Shown: positions 39,858 through 49,796 of the stretch, in pieces | How positions within the stretch are numbered: the stretch's first letter is position 1 | Layout: each line of letters begins with the position of its first letter | NCBI GenBank assembly: GCA_965250285.1 | Contig: OZ252299.1 | Location: forward strand, 1,504,001 to 1,568,000 | Direction: 5' to 3' | DNA from: Myxococcota bacterium | Lineage (GTDB): Bacteria > Myxococcota_A > UBA9160 > UBA4427 | Length of the DNA: 64,000 bases | Position numbers and translations under genes: made by a program | Notes under the pieces: generated by a model | Database searches by the model: none | What the model saw: only the letters and a program-made list of their open reading frames with translations | Told to the model about the DNA's origin: nothing

Positions 39858-40799
39858 CTACGCGGCGGCGGGGTCGAAGCCGGCCTCGAGATCGAGCCCG
39901 TCGTCCCAGTAGGGCTGCGGCCCGCAGTGCGAAGCGAGGTGATCGACGAACGCGCGCACCTTGGCCGACAGGTGACGGCGATGCGGGTACACCGCCTGGA
40001 TGGACAGCGTGCTGCGGAGGCGATCTGCGAAGAGCGTCTCGATGCGACCCGCCCGCACCGCGTCGGCGGCGAGGAACGTCGGGAGCAGCGCGATGCCCAG
40101 CCCCGCCGCGACCATCTCGCACGTGAGCTCGCCGTTGTTCGAGCGGTGGGCCACGGGTGGATCGACGCGAAGGCGGTCGCCGTCGGGCGTGTCGAAGGTC
40201 CAGGCTCGCTCGGCCTCGTAGGCGTAGGCGATGCGGCCGTGCTCGCGGAGGGCGTCGGGCTCGGCCGGGCGACCGTGATCGGCGAGCCAACCCGGCGACG
40301 CGCAGAGCACGCGGCGGCAGGGCGCGAGGCGGCGCGACACCAGGCTCGAGTCGGGCATGTCGGCGATGCGCACGACGACGTCGAGGCCCTCGTCGACGAG
40401 GTCGACGAAGCGGTCGACGAGCTCGACCTCCATCGACACCAGCGGATGCTGTGCCGCGAAGTCGGCCACCGAGCGAGCGAGGTGCAGGCGGCCGAAATCC
40501 ATCGGCGCGCCCACGCGCAGCACCCCCCGCGGCTCCGACTGTCCTGCCGCCACCGCGCTCTCCGCCTCTTCGACATCGTGGAGGATCTCGGTCGCCCGGT
40601 CGCTGAACGCGCGGCCGGCGTCGGTCAGCGCCACGCGCCGGGTCGTGCGCTGGAAGAGCCGGGCGCCGAGACGCTCCTCGAGCGCCTTGACCTGCTTGCT
40701 CACCGCCGAGGCCGTTACGCCCAGCTGGCGCGCGGCCCCGCTGAAGCTGCCCTGACGGGTGACCTCGAGGAACGTCTCGTACTCGCTGAGTCGGTCCAT
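39858..40799 (-). CDS. LysR-family regulator (CrgA/DmlR-like)
   Basis: HTH GSFSGAARQLGVTASAVSKQVKALEERLGARLFQRTTR, DLVDEGLDVVVRI, KVRAFVD. Confidence 0.95.
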   Translation of the reverse strand: MDRLSEYETFLEVTRQGSFSGAARQLGVTASAVSKQVKALEERLGARLFQRTTRRVALTDAGRAFSDRATEILHDVEEAESAVAAGQSEPRGVLRVGAPMDFGRLHLARSVADFAAQHPLVSMEVELVDRFVDLVDEGLDVVVRIADMPDSSLVSRRLAPCRRVLCASPGWLADHGRPAEPDALREHGRIAYAYEAERAWTFDTPDGDRLRVDPPVAHRSNNGELTCEMVAAGLGIALLPTFLAADAVRAGRIETLFADRLRSTLSIQAVYPHRRHLSAKVRAFVDHLASHCGPQPYWDDGLDLEAGFDPAAA

Positions 40800-40818
40800 T
40801 GTGCTCCCTCTTTCATTG

Positions 40819-40833
40819 GTTCCTCTATGGAAC
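40819..40833. promoter_or_regulatory. LysR-type binding site (T-N11-A dyad)
   Basis: GTTCC-TCTAT-GGAAC palindrome in the divergent lysR/pirin spacer. Confidence 0.6.
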
Positions 40834-40950
40834 AAGTATGTGGACCGAGTCTGCGATTTTCAATCGGGGGATGATGACGAAAACTCGAGGGTGCCCGCGG
40901 CGAGGCTCGATCGACGAGCCGGCGCGCCGGGTGCGGAGGGAGACATCGAC

Positions 40951-41643
40951 ATGATCGTCCACCACGCAGCGAAGGATCGATTCCACACCCGCTTCGACTG
41001 GCTCGAGAGCTGGCACGGGTTCTCTTTCGCGGAGCACTTCGACCCCGACCGCATGGGCCACGGCCCGCTGCGCGTCGTGAACGAGGACTGGATCGCACCG
41101 CGATCGGGCTTCCCGACGCACGGCCACCGCAACATGGAGATCCTGACCTACATGCTGGCCGGCACGCTGACCCACCAGGACAGCGAGGGGAACCGGGTCG
41201 AGATCCGCCCGGGGCGCGTGCAGCGCATGCATGCTGGACGCGGGATTCAGCACAGCGAGATGAACCTCGACGCCGACGAGCCCGTGCACCTGCTTCAGAT
41301 CTGGATCGAGCCGGATCAGCCGGGCGGACCACCCGGGCACGACGAGATCGACGTCGACCTCAGCGCTGGAAGGCCGGTCGTGCTGGCTTCGCGCGGCGGT
41401 GAGGCCGGCGGACTCGAGCTGCGCGCCGACGCCACCGTGTCGGCCCTGCGCCTCGGCTGCGATGCGCCGCAGTCGTGGTCGGTCGGCGCCGGTCGGCGAG
41501 GCTGGGTGCAGGTCGCGCGCGGCGCGGGGCGTGCCGGGGGCGTCCCATTCGGAGCGGGCGACGCGTTTGCCATCGCGGGCCCCGAGCACGTCGAACTCGA
41601 AACCGACGCAGAAACCGAGCTGGTGCTCTTCGACCTGCCCTGA
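40951..41643 (+). CDS. Pirin-family protein (YhhW-like)
   Basis: WLESWHGFSF, GFPTHGHRNMEI, HQDS.G, AGRGIQHSE.N, LLQIWI. Confidence 0.93.
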   Translation: MIVHHAAKDRFHTRFDWLESWHGFSFAEHFDPDRMGHGPLRVVNEDWIAPRSGFPTHGHRNMEILTYMLAGTLTHQDSEGNRVEIRPGRVQRMHAGRGIQHSEMNLDADEPVHLLQIWIEPDQPGGPPGHDEIDVDLSAGRPVVLASRGGEAGGLELRADATVSALRLGCDAPQSWSVGAGRRGWVQVARGAGRAGGVPFGAGDAFAIAGPEHVELETDAETELVLFDLP

Positions 41644-41693
41644 GTGGGCGGGTCGAAGGGCGCCACGCCCCACATCGAAACAGAGGAGGATGA

Positions 41694-42662
41694 GTGATGG
41701 GTCTCTTGGTCAACGGCGAGTGGAAGGATCAGTGGTACGAGACGAAGTCGACTGGCGGTCGATTCGTTCGCAAGGACAGCTCGTTTCGGGACTGGGTGAA
41801 GGCCGACGGTTCGACGCCCTACGCGCCCGAGGCCGGGCGGTACCACCTGTACGTGTCGCTCGCGTGTCCGTGGGCCCACCGGACGCTGATCTACCGCAAG
41901 CTGAAGGGACTCGAGGGTGCGATTTCGCTCTCGATCGTCGATCCGTACATGCTCGAGGACGGCTGGCAGTTCACGGATGCGCCGGGCGCGATTCCCGACG
42001 ACGTGCTGCACAAGCGCTTTCTGCACGAGGTCTACACGCACGCGAATCCCGACTACACCGGGCGCGTGACGGTGCCCGTGCTCTTCGACAAGAAGCAGGG
42101 CACGATCGTCAGCAACGAGTCGAGCGAGATCATTCGCATGTTCAACGCCGAGTTCGCGGGCGTCGCCGACGACACCTTCGACTTCTACCCCGAACCCCTG
42201 CGCGCCGAGATCGACGAGATCAACGCGTTCGTCTACCCGAACATCAACAACGGCGTGTACCGGTGCGGCTTCGCCACGACCCAGGAGGCGTACGAGGAGG
42301 CCTTCGGCGAGCTGTTCGGTGCCCTCGACCAGATCGAGGCCCGACTCGGAGCCCAGCGCTACCTCGTCGGTGACCAGATCACCGAGGCCGACTGGCGCCT
42401 CTTCACGACGCTGGTGCGCTTCGACCCGGTCTACGTCGGACACTTCAAGTGCAACCTGCGGCGCATCGACGACTACCCGAACCTGTCGGGCTACCTCCGG
42501 GAGCTCTACCAGGCGCCCGGCGTCGCCGAGACCGTCGACTTCCACCACATCAAGCACCACTACTACGGCAGCCACGGCACCATCAATCCGACCGGTGTGG
42601 TGCCGGTCGGCCCCGAGCTCGACCTCGGTACGCCGCACGGACGAGACGCCACCGCGAAGTGA
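41694..42662 (+). CDS. Glutathionyl-hydroquinone reductase (YqjG-like GST)
   Basis: YHLYVSLACPWAHR, VTVPVL, NESSEIIR, NNGVYRCGFA, IKHHYY. Confidence 0.95.
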   Translation: MMGLLVNGEWKDQWYETKSTGGRFVRKDSSFRDWVKADGSTPYAPEAGRYHLYVSLACPWAHRTLIYRKLKGLEGAISLSIVDPYMLEDGWQFTDAPGAIPDDVLHKRFLHEVYTHANPDYTGRVTVPVLFDKKQGTIVSNESSEIIRMFNAEFAGVADDTFDFYPEPLRAEIDEINAFVYPNINNGVYRCGFATTQEAYEEAFGELFGALDQIEARLGAQRYLVGDQITEADWRLFTTLVRFDPVYVGHFKCNLRRIDDYPNLSGYLRELYQAPGVAETVDFHHIKHHYYGSHGTINPTGVVPVGPELDLGTPHGRDATAK

Positions 42663-42791
42663 GGTCGCGCCGGCGCAGTCGCAACCGCCGATGCCCCTGC
42701 GGCCCGGCCCGGCGATCGCTCGGGTCGGCGCTCGAGGGTGACGGATCGCCGGATGTGTGATTCGCTCATGCCGTCCGAGAGGGGGGTGAGC

Positions 42792-43826
42792 GTGGCGGCC
42801 AGAAGCGGTCGAATTCGAATCGAGCGGCGGCGTATGGTCGCGGCTGTCGGGGTGCTCGGTCTGCTCCTCGGGCTGGGCTGTGGCGCGAACGGCGGCGGCT
42901 GGCGTGCCCGGGATCTGTCGATGCACACCGTCGACTGGAAGCGCGTCGACGGCCAGCGGCTCGGCGACGTCCAGGCGACGCCCAGCATCGCCGCCAGCGG
43001 TGTCGACCTGCTGCTCTGTCGTTGGAAGGTCGGCCCGCCGATCCGGATCGTCTGGCCCGACGACGCGAGCGCAGACGAGCTGCAGGCCTTCGAGCAGGCG
43101 CGCGCGGCGTGGTCGGGGCTCGTCGATGGCCTCGATCTGGTGACCTCGACCGACGCCGACGCCGAGATCCGGTTGAGCTTCGTCGACGACGACGATCCGG
43201 CGGCGCCCTCGGGCACGGCCGACACGGTGACCGACTGCGTCGTCGACGCCGGCGCCCACGCTCTGGCGAACCCGGCGGACCTGGGGCGGATCGTCGCCGC
43301 GTCGATCGTGATGCGGCGCGAGAACGTCAGCTGGACCGGGGATACGTCGCCCATGAGCGACGAGGAGTTTCTCGGCGCCGTTCTGCACGAGCTCGGCCAC
43401 GCGCTCGGTCTCGCGGGCCACATCGACTCGCGCCGCAGCGTGATGTCGATGGAGCGATCGGCCGTGCGCGGCGCGGCGCGTCGCCTTCAGAAGGGCGATC
43501 CGTTTCGTGAGCCCACGCTCGAAGCGCTCTACACCGTGCCCCTCGGCACGAGCGTCGGTCGCGTGGGCTTCAGGACCGCGCTCCGGCCCTCCCTGCGACT
43601 GCTCGCCGTGGCCGCCGCGGCGTCGGATTGGCGCGGTCCCTTCGGCCGAGCGGGCGGAGGCACGGCCCACGTGTTCTGGCAGACGCCCGAGGGCGCGCAC
43701 CCCGGTGTGTTCACGTTCGAATGGACGAGTGGCGTGCGTGGGAAGCGCAGTCTCGACTGGCGACTCAGCCTCGCTGCGCGCAGCGCTCTGGCCCAGACCG
43801 CCGACGGATCGCCGACCGCGCCTTGA
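42792..43826 (+). CDS. Lipoprotein metzincin (matrixin-like) metalloprotease
   Basis: Lipobox-like LGLGC, zinc motif HELGHALGLAGH and Met-turn SVM; start uncertain. Confidence 0.78.
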   Translation: MAARSGRIRIERRRMVAAVGVLGLLLGLGCGANGGGWRARDLSMHTVDWKRVDGQRLGDVQATPSIAASGVDLLLCRWKVGPPIRIVWPDDASADELQAFEQARAAWSGLVDGLDLVTSTDADAEIRLSFVDDDDPAAPSGTADTVTDCVVDAGAHALANPADLGRIVAASIVMRRENVSWTGDTSPMSDEEFLGAVLHELGHALGLAGHIDSRRSVMSMERSAVRGAARRLQKGDPFREPTLEALYTVPLGTSVGRVGFRTALRPSLRLLAVAAAASDWRGPFGRAGGGTAHVFWQTPEGAHPGVFTFEWTSGVRGKRSLDWRLSLAARSALAQTADGSPTAP

Positions 43827-43904
43827 CGGCGCAACCGATCGTACAGTGCGAGCGCTCGGTGATCGGGGATCGCTCGAGGCATCGCGCGCCTCGATGGCCG
43901 CGCC

Positions 43905-45377
43905 TCAAGCGATCGCGCGCTGCACCGTTTCGAGCCAGCCCGCCGCATCGGGATCATCGGGATTGAGCGAGAGCGCGTACTCGAGGTGGCGGACCGCCTC
44001 CTCGGGCTCGGACGGCGCCTTCTTGAAGAGCGTCCATCCGAAAGCCGCCTGATACGCCGCTTCGTCGGGCCAGAGGTCGATGCACGATCGCAGGAACGGC
44101 TCGGCGCCCTTGAAGTCGCCCATCTTGATGAGGATCTCGCCCTTGCGGAAGAGCGTTTCGGCCTGGGCGAGGGCCGCCGTGTCGATCTCTTCCGTCCCGC
44201 CGCCGGCGAGCACGTCGTCGTAGCTCTTGCGCTTGCGGTCGTCGCCGAGCACCTCGAACGCCTCCGCGATGCGCGCGAAGACCTCGGCGGCCTCTTCCTT
44301 GACGTCATCGAGGCCGAGGCGCCCGAGGGCGTCGGGGTGATAGCGCTTCGCCGCCTTGAAGTAGGCCTTCTTGATCACCGCAGCGGCGGCGCTCGGCTCG
44401 ACGTCGAGGATGCGATAGTGCGTGACGTCGTCCTTCGCCTCGCCGAGCAGGGCGTGCCGGTCGAGGATCTCTTGTCGGACTGCTTCGGTCTTCGCCTCGC
44501 CCTTGGCCTTCGAAGCCCGCTTGCGGCTCGGTTTGCGAGGCGGTGCGGGCGCGGCTGCTGCATCGGCGGCGGTCGCGGCCGCATCCTCGTCGATCTCGAT
44601 GTCGAACTCGAGCGCGTCGGGCACGGCCCCCGCGGTGGGGTCGATCGCCTCGTCGAGGTAGACGACCGCGCCGATCGCGTCGAGGACCCAGATGCGGCCG
44701 AGCGCGCGCGTCGACTGCATCGCGGTGCCGACGAGGTCGGTGAGCGTGCGGGTGCCGTCGATGCCCGCCAGCGCCGCGCGCTCCTGGGCGTCCTCGGTGA
44801 GGCGGGCGACGATCTTCGGCAGGCGCTTGGTGCCCTTGGGATACGCGCCGAGCCTGGGCGTCAGGTCGCCGAGCATGCGGTCGACACCCCAGTGCGCCTC
44901 CAGCCCGGCGAGCACGAGATCGAGCGGGTCGACGCGGAAGGGCTGCACCTCTTCGCCCGGATCGACCGTCGGGTCGAGGGCGAACTCGCCGTCGGGCCAG
45001 CCGAACGACTCGACCAGCCGCCGGCGCACTTGCTCCTTCAACGCCTCGAAGAGGTCTTTGGGGGACAGCAGCTTGAGCGCGAGGAGCGCGACGCCTTCGC
45101 GACAGTCTCGTCGCTGCATCTCGCTGCACACCTGGTCGTACTGCAGGCGTGTGATGCGGCCCTGCTCGACGAGCTGCATGCCGAGGGTCTCGCTCGAGAG
45201 GTTCGACTCGGCGATGACCGGCGAACCCTTCACGAACACGAAGCGCTTCTCGGCGCGGGGCCCCTGGATTCGCAGCTCGCCCTGGAAGCGCTGACGGTGG
45301 AGCGCCAACAGCAGCCGCGGGAGCGGCGTTTCGCTGAGGCGTCCCGATGCGTCGGGCTCGATCTCGACGGCGGGCAT
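43905..45377 (-). CDS. DUF4388-like / DnaJ J-domain / TPR protein
   Basis: GRLSETPLPRLL N-terminal domain, J-domain HYRILDV...IKKAY...YHPD, C-terminal TPRs. Confidence 0.85.
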   Translation of the reverse strand: MPAVEIEPDASGRLSETPLPRLLLALHRQRFQGELRIQGPRAEKRFVFVKGSPVIAESNLSSETLGMQLVEQGRITRLQYDQVCSEMQRRDCREGVALLALKLLSPKDLFEALKEQVRRRLVESFGWPDGEFALDPTVDPGEEVQPFRVDPLDLVLAGLEAHWGVDRMLGDLTPRLGAYPKGTKRLPKIVARLTEDAQERAALAGIDGTRTLTDLVGTAMQSTRALGRIWVLDAIGAVVYLDEAIDPTAGAVPDALEFDIEIDEDAAATAADAAAAPAPPRKPSRKRASKAKGEAKTEAVRQEILDRHALLGEAKDDVTHYRILDVEPSAAAAVIKKAYFKAAKRYHPDALGRLGLDDVKEEAAEVFARIAEAFEVLGDDRKRKSYDDVLAGGGTEEIDTAALAQAETLFRKGEILIKMGDFKGAEPFLRSCIDLWPDEAAYQAAFGWTLFKKAPSEPEEAVRHLEYALSLNPDDPDAAGWLETVQRAIA

Positions 45378-45390
45378 CGCGGGTCCGGGT

Positions 45391-46416
45391 CTAGAGCGCG
45401 TGACGCTGCGCTTCGGTGATCTGAAAGGCCATGGCGATCGCGTTGGGCAGATCCTTGCCCGTCACGACGTGGGTTGAGTCGAGGTCCTGGATCACGGCCT
45501 CGTTGATCGGCGAGACCCCGGCGAGGATCGTCTCGGCGCCCCAGCGTTCGATCGTCTCGAGCGCCTGCTCGAGGCCAGCGGCCATGAATCCTTCGTCGAG
45601 CAGGGTGTCGGCGAGGTCGATGACGACGACGCGCACGCCCTGGGTGTTCGGGTCGCGGCCGAGCATGTCGATCGTCGCGAGCACCTCTTCGGTGTACGTG
45701 AACGGCAGCACCATCACGGGGCCCCAGACGTGCACGGCCTTCTCGCCGCGATCGAAGGCGGCCATCGGCGCCTCGGGGATCGGATCGGCGATCTCGGCGA
45801 TGGGCGCAGGCCGGTCGGCGAAGAGCCCCTTGCGCAGGTCGACGCCCACGATCTGCTTCGAGCGCGGATCGTCGAGCCAGGCCCGCGGCTCGCGCGCCTC
45901 GAAGTGGCAGCCGACGCCACCGGCCGCGATGCATTCGGTCTCGACCACGATGAGCTCCCGCTCGGTCGTCACCGAGAGCCAGCCGCTCGTATAGCCGGCG
46001 CTGAGCTGGCAACAGGGCTCGGTCGAGAGGCCGACGCGCTGCAAGCGGGCCTCGGCCTCGTGCAGATCGGGCCAGTGACCGGAGAGCTGGAAGCCCGGCG
46101 CCGTAGGCCCCAGGGCGAGGGCGATCGAAGGCGCCCGCGGCACGTGCGCGTCGGGGCCGCCGCCTGCGCTGAAGCCCGACTGCAGCGCGAGCTCGGCGTC
46201 CCGAAGACCGTGCGCCAAGCCGATCTGGAAGAGGGCGGCGCCGGCGAGCTCGGCGCCGAGCTCGCTCTGAAACTCGGCGAGCAGCGCGGCGAGGAAGGCC
46301 CGGTCGACGAACAGCTTCGGATCGTTCATCAGCGCCGTATCGGGGCCGAAGCCGAGGCGCGCGAGCAGAGCCTCGTCGCAGGTCGCGGCCAGGGGGGTGT
46401 CTTTGCGGTCGCTCAT
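45391..46416 (-). CDS. V4R (XylR N-terminal-like) sensor fused to a STAS domain
   Basis: CCQLSAGYTSGW...VETECIAAGGVGCHFEAR (V4R Cys pattern) then VVVIDLAD...GAETILAGVSP (RsbR/S-like STAS). Confidence 0.75.
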   Translation of the reverse strand: MSDRKDTPLAATCDEALLARLGFGPDTALMNDPKLFVDRAFLAALLAEFQSELGAELAGAALFQIGLAHGLRDAELALQSGFSAGGGPDAHVPRAPSIALALGPTAPGFQLSGHWPDLHEAEARLQRVGLSTEPCCQLSAGYTSGWLSVTTERELIVVETECIAAGGVGCHFEAREPRAWLDDPRSKQIVGVDLRKGLFADRPAPIAEIADPIPEAPMAAFDRGEKAVHVWGPVMVLPFTYTEEVLATIDMLGRDPNTQGVRVVVIDLADTLLDEGFMAAGLEQALETIERWGAETILAGVSPINEAVIQDLDSTHVVTGKDLPNAIAMAFQITEAQRHAL

Positions 46417-46423
46417 GAACGCA

Positions 46424-47551
46424 TCAGCCCCCGATGAAGGCGTAGATGTCGAAGACCTGATCGCGCGAAACGAAGGCGTCGCCCTCGTCTTCGAGCAGGC
46501 CGAGGAACGCATCGACCACGACCGGGTCGAACTGACTGCCCGAGTACTTGTGCAGCTCCTGGACCACGGTGTCGATGGGCAGCGCCTTGCGGTAGGGACG
46601 ATCGCTCGTCATGGCTTCGACGGTGTCGGCCACGAGGATGACGCGCGAAGGCAGCGGGATCTGGTCGCCGATCAGGCGATCGGGGTAGCCGCGGTCGCAG
46701 CCGTCGAACCACTCGTGGTGGTGGCGGACGCACGGCACGATCTTGTCGAGGAACTCGACCGGCTCGAGGATCTTCGCGCCGATCTCGGGGTGCTTCTTGA
46801 TCTCCTCGTACTCTTCGGCGTTGAGGCGCGCGGGCTTGGTGATGATCGCATCGGGGATGCCGATCTTGCCCACGTCGTGCAGCAGGCCCGAGAAGTAGAC
46901 GCGCTCGATCAGGTCCTTCTCGAGGTTCATGCGCCGCGCGATGCGCGAGGCGTAGACGGCCACGCGCTCCGAGTGACCCCGGGTGTAGGCGTCCTTGGCA
47001 TCGATCGCCTCGGCGAGCGCCCGGATCGTCTGGATGTACGCGGTGCGCAGCTCGTGGTTCTTGTGGTCGAGCTGCATGGTGCGCTCGCGCACCTTCCCCT
47101 CGAGATTGCGGTTCATGTCCTGGAGCTTGAAGTTCTGCTCGCGGGTCACCTGGTTGAGGCGCTTGATCTCGCCCTTGAGGTCGTAGTGATCGAAGGCCTG
47201 GCGGAGCGTCGCCTTGAGCTCGTCGTCGTTCCACGGCTTCGTGATCAAGCGATAGATCTCACCGCGATTGATGGCTTCGACCGCGATGTTCATCTCGGTG
47301 TAGCCGGTGAGCATCATTCGGACGATGTCCGAGTGGCGTTCGCGGACCGCAGAGAGCAGATCGACACCGCTCATCTCGGGCATGCGCTGATCGCTGACGA
47401 CGACCTGGCAGGGCTGGCGTTCGAGCATCTCGAGCGCTTCGTGCGGCCGCGACGCGGTCAGCACATTCATCGGCTCGTGGCGCAGCAGACGCTGGATCGC
47501 CTTGAGGATGTTCACCTCGTCGTCGACGAAGAGGACGGTGTGTTCGTGCAC
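46424..47551 (-). CDS. Response regulator with HD-GYP phosphodiesterase domain
   Basis: REC domain LFVDDE, SDQRMP, MLTG, KPW; HD-GYP domain HDVGK, HHEWFDG...GYP, DRPYRK. Confidence 0.95.
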   Translation of the reverse strand: MHEHTVLFVDDEVNILKAIQRLLRHEPMNVLTASRPHEALEMLERQPCQVVVSDQRMPEMSGVDLLSAVRERHSDIVRMMLTGYTEMNIAVEAINRGEIYRLITKPWNDDELKATLRQAFDHYDLKGEIKRLNQVTREQNFKLQDMNRNLEGKVRERTMQLDHKNHELRTAYIQTIRALAEAIDAKDAYTRGHSERVAVYASRIARRMNLEKDLIERVYFSGLLHDVGKIGIPDAIITKPARLNAEEYEEIKKHPEIGAKILEPVEFLDKIVPCVRHHHEWFDGCDRGYPDRLIGDQIPLPSRVILVADTVEAMTSDRPYRKALPIDTVVQELHKYSGSQFDPVVVDAFLGLLEDEGDAFVSRDQVFDIYAFIGG

Positions 47552-47712
47552 GATTCCATCTCCCCGGAATGCGGGTCGGCGCCGCAGCCAAGGTGCGCAC
47601 GGCCGCAGTCGAGGGACGTATCGGCTCGTTCAGCGGGTTTCGTTAGACCGGGAGGGTCGCCAGCGCGCGCGTTGCGCCCGGGTGGGGTGTTGCGGCCCCA
47701 GCGGGGCGCGGC

Positions 47713-48801
47713 TCAGGCTTCGTCGAGCAGGCCGCGTCGGCTGCGCGCCGTGCCTTCCTTCAGGACCGCATCGCACCAGGCCCGATTCGACAGGTACCAC
47801 TCGACCGTATGGCGCAACCCGGCGTCGAGCTCGTAGCGCGGCGCCCAGCCGAGCTCGGCCCGTGCGCGTGCCGCGTCGATCGCGTAGCGGCGGTCGTGGC
47901 CCGGGCGGTCCGGCACGAAGGTCTTGAGATCGCGGTACGCCGAGAGCGCGCGGGCCTGCATGGCCGGGTTCTCTCCGGCCGGCCGGAACGTCTCGAGCAT
48001 GTCGCAGAGCGCATCGACGATCTCGAGGTTCGTACGCTCACGGTTGCCGCCGATGTTGTACTTCCGCCCGGGCTGCCCCGCTTGCAGTGCGAGCAGAATC
48101 CCGCGGCAGTGATCCTCCACGTGGAGCCAATCGCGCACCTGGGCGCCATCGCCGTAGATCGGGAGATCCTTGGCCTCGAGCGCATTCATCAGGACGAGGG
48201 GCAGCAGCTTCTCGGGATACTGGCGCGGCCCGTAGTTGTTCGAACAGTTCGTGATGATCGCGGGCAGGCCGAACGTCTCGTGATGCGCGCGCACGAGGTG
48301 ATCGGCGCCGGCCTTGGTCGCTGCGTAGGGCGAGTTCGGCGCGTAAGGCGTCTCTTCGTGGAAGGCGCCTTCGGGCCCGAGCGTGCCGTACACCTCGTCG
48401 GTGGAGACGTGCAGCAGCCGAAAGCGCTCGCGTGCCCCGGCGTCGAGCCCATCGAAGCGGCTGCGCGCAGCCTCGAGCAGCCGGAACGTGCCGACCAGGT
48501 TCGTGTGAATGAAGGCGTCGGGTCCGTCGATCGACCGATCGACGTGGCTCTCGGCGGCGAAGTTGACGACCGCGTCGATCGGCTCCTGCGTGAACAGTGC
48601 TTCGAGGAGCCCCGCGTCAGCGATGTCGCCTTCGATGAGCCGACAGCGCGGCGAAGCGAGCGCCGCCTCGAGACTCTCGACATGGCCGGCGTACGTGAGT
48701 CGATCGAGCACGAGCACCCGCGCGTCGGTCTCGGCGAGCAGCAGGTCGACGAAGTTCGAGCCGATGAAGCCGGCGCCGCCGGTCACGAGCACGTTCTGCA
48801 T
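47713..48801 (-). CDS. rfbB: dTDP-glucose 4,6-dehydratase
   Basis: VTGGAGFIGSNF, LTYAG, AAESHVDRSI, STDEVYG, YAATK, CSNNYGP, DRPGHDRRY. Confidence 0.97.
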   Translation of the reverse strand: MQNVLVTGGAGFIGSNFVDLLLAETDARVLVLDRLTYAGHVESLEAALASPRCRLIEGDIADAGLLEALFTQEPIDAVVNFAAESHVDRSIDGPDAFIHTNLVGTFRLLEAARSRFDGLDAGARERFRLLHVSTDEVYGTLGPEGAFHEETPYAPNSPYAATKAGADHLVRAHHETFGLPAIITNCSNNYGPRQYPEKLLPLVLMNALEAKDLPIYGDGAQVRDWLHVEDHCRGILLALQAGQPGRKYNIGGNRERTNLEIVDALCDMLETFRPAGENPAMQARALSAYRDLKTFVPDRPGHDRRYAIDAARARAELGWAPRYELDAGLRHTVEWYLSNRAWCDAVLKEGTARSRRGLLDEA

Positions 48802-48869
48802 GGGCTCCTCCGCCTTCACGTTGCTCCGGCGCGCGTGGGGCATGCGCCTCCGCGAGCGACCTCGATCCT

Positions 48870-49796
48870 CTAGAGGTAGTTGCCGCCGTTCGACGTGGCG
48901 ATGCGGCGCTGGGCCTTGTGGAAGCGCTCGACCTCGTTCCACAGGTCGCCGGTGCTGACCGGATCGGGGGCCTCGCTCGAGGCCTCGGCGCGCGCCTTGC
49001 GTCGCAGCACGGCGTGCAGCACGCGCACCCAGTCGCCGATGGGTGCGTCCTTCGATTGGCCGACGATCTTGAGCCAGTCGATGTCGTCGAAGAGCGGGCG
49101 GCCGGCCCGCTCTTCGGCCTTGCGCGCGTGGATGCGCAGGGCATCGACGACGTCTTCGGGGAAGATCGGCGCGACTTCGACCACGCGATCGAGTCGGCCG
49201 GGTTGGGCGAACGCGTGGCGGATGCGCTGGGGGTGAGCGGTCGCGCCGACGACGAGGTGCTGGGGGCTCACCAGGGCGCGGTCGAGCATCTCGAGCAGGA
49301 AGTCCATGATCGGACCGACGGGCAGGTCGCCGCGCACGCCGACCTCGCGGGCCTGACTGAACTCGAGCTCGTCGAAGAAGATCGTGAGCGGCGGCATCTC
49401 TTCGAGCACGGCCGACCAGCCTTTGATCAGATCGCCGACCTTGCCGCCGTGATGCACGACGTCGATGACGAGGCGCGGCGTGTCGATGGCGACGAAGGCC
49501 GTTTCGGTGCGGGTCGCGAGCGCCTGGGCGAGCAGGCTCTTGCCCGTGCCGCGCTCGCCGACGAGCAGCATGCCGGCGGGGGGGAACGTGCCCCAGCGGT
49601 CGTACACCTCGGGCGAGGTCGCGGCGCAGGCGTACGTGAGGATCTCGTCCTTGGCCGACGACAGGCCACCGATGTCGTCGAAGGGCACCTGCGGATCGAC
49701 GTCGATCCGAGCGCAGCGCGCGATCTGGTCGTGGCTGCGCAGAAAGCTCGTCCAGAGGTTCTGCGCGCGTTCCTTCTCGATTCGGCGATCGGACAT
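48870..49796 (-). CDS. Single-domain classic-clade AAA+ ATPase (proteasome ATPase/CDC48-like)
   Basis: FDDIGGL, Walker A GERGTGKS, Walker B IFFDELE, SRH PGRLDR, C-terminus GGNYL. Confidence 0.85.
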   Translation of the reverse strand: MSDRRIEKERAQNLWTSFLRSHDQIARCARIDVDPQVPFDDIGGLSSAKDEILTYACAATSPEVYDRWGTFPPAGMLLVGERGTGKSLLAQALATRTETAFVAIDTPRLVIDVVHHGGKVGDLIKGWSAVLEEMPPLTIFFDELEFSQAREVGVRGDLPVGPIMDFLLEMLDRALVSPQHLVVGATAHPQRIRHAFAQPGRLDRVVEVAPIFPEDVVDALRIHARKAEERAGRPLFDDIDWLKIVGQSKDAPIGDWVRVLHAVLRRKARAEASSEAPDPVSTGDLWNEVERFHKAQRRIATSNGGNYL

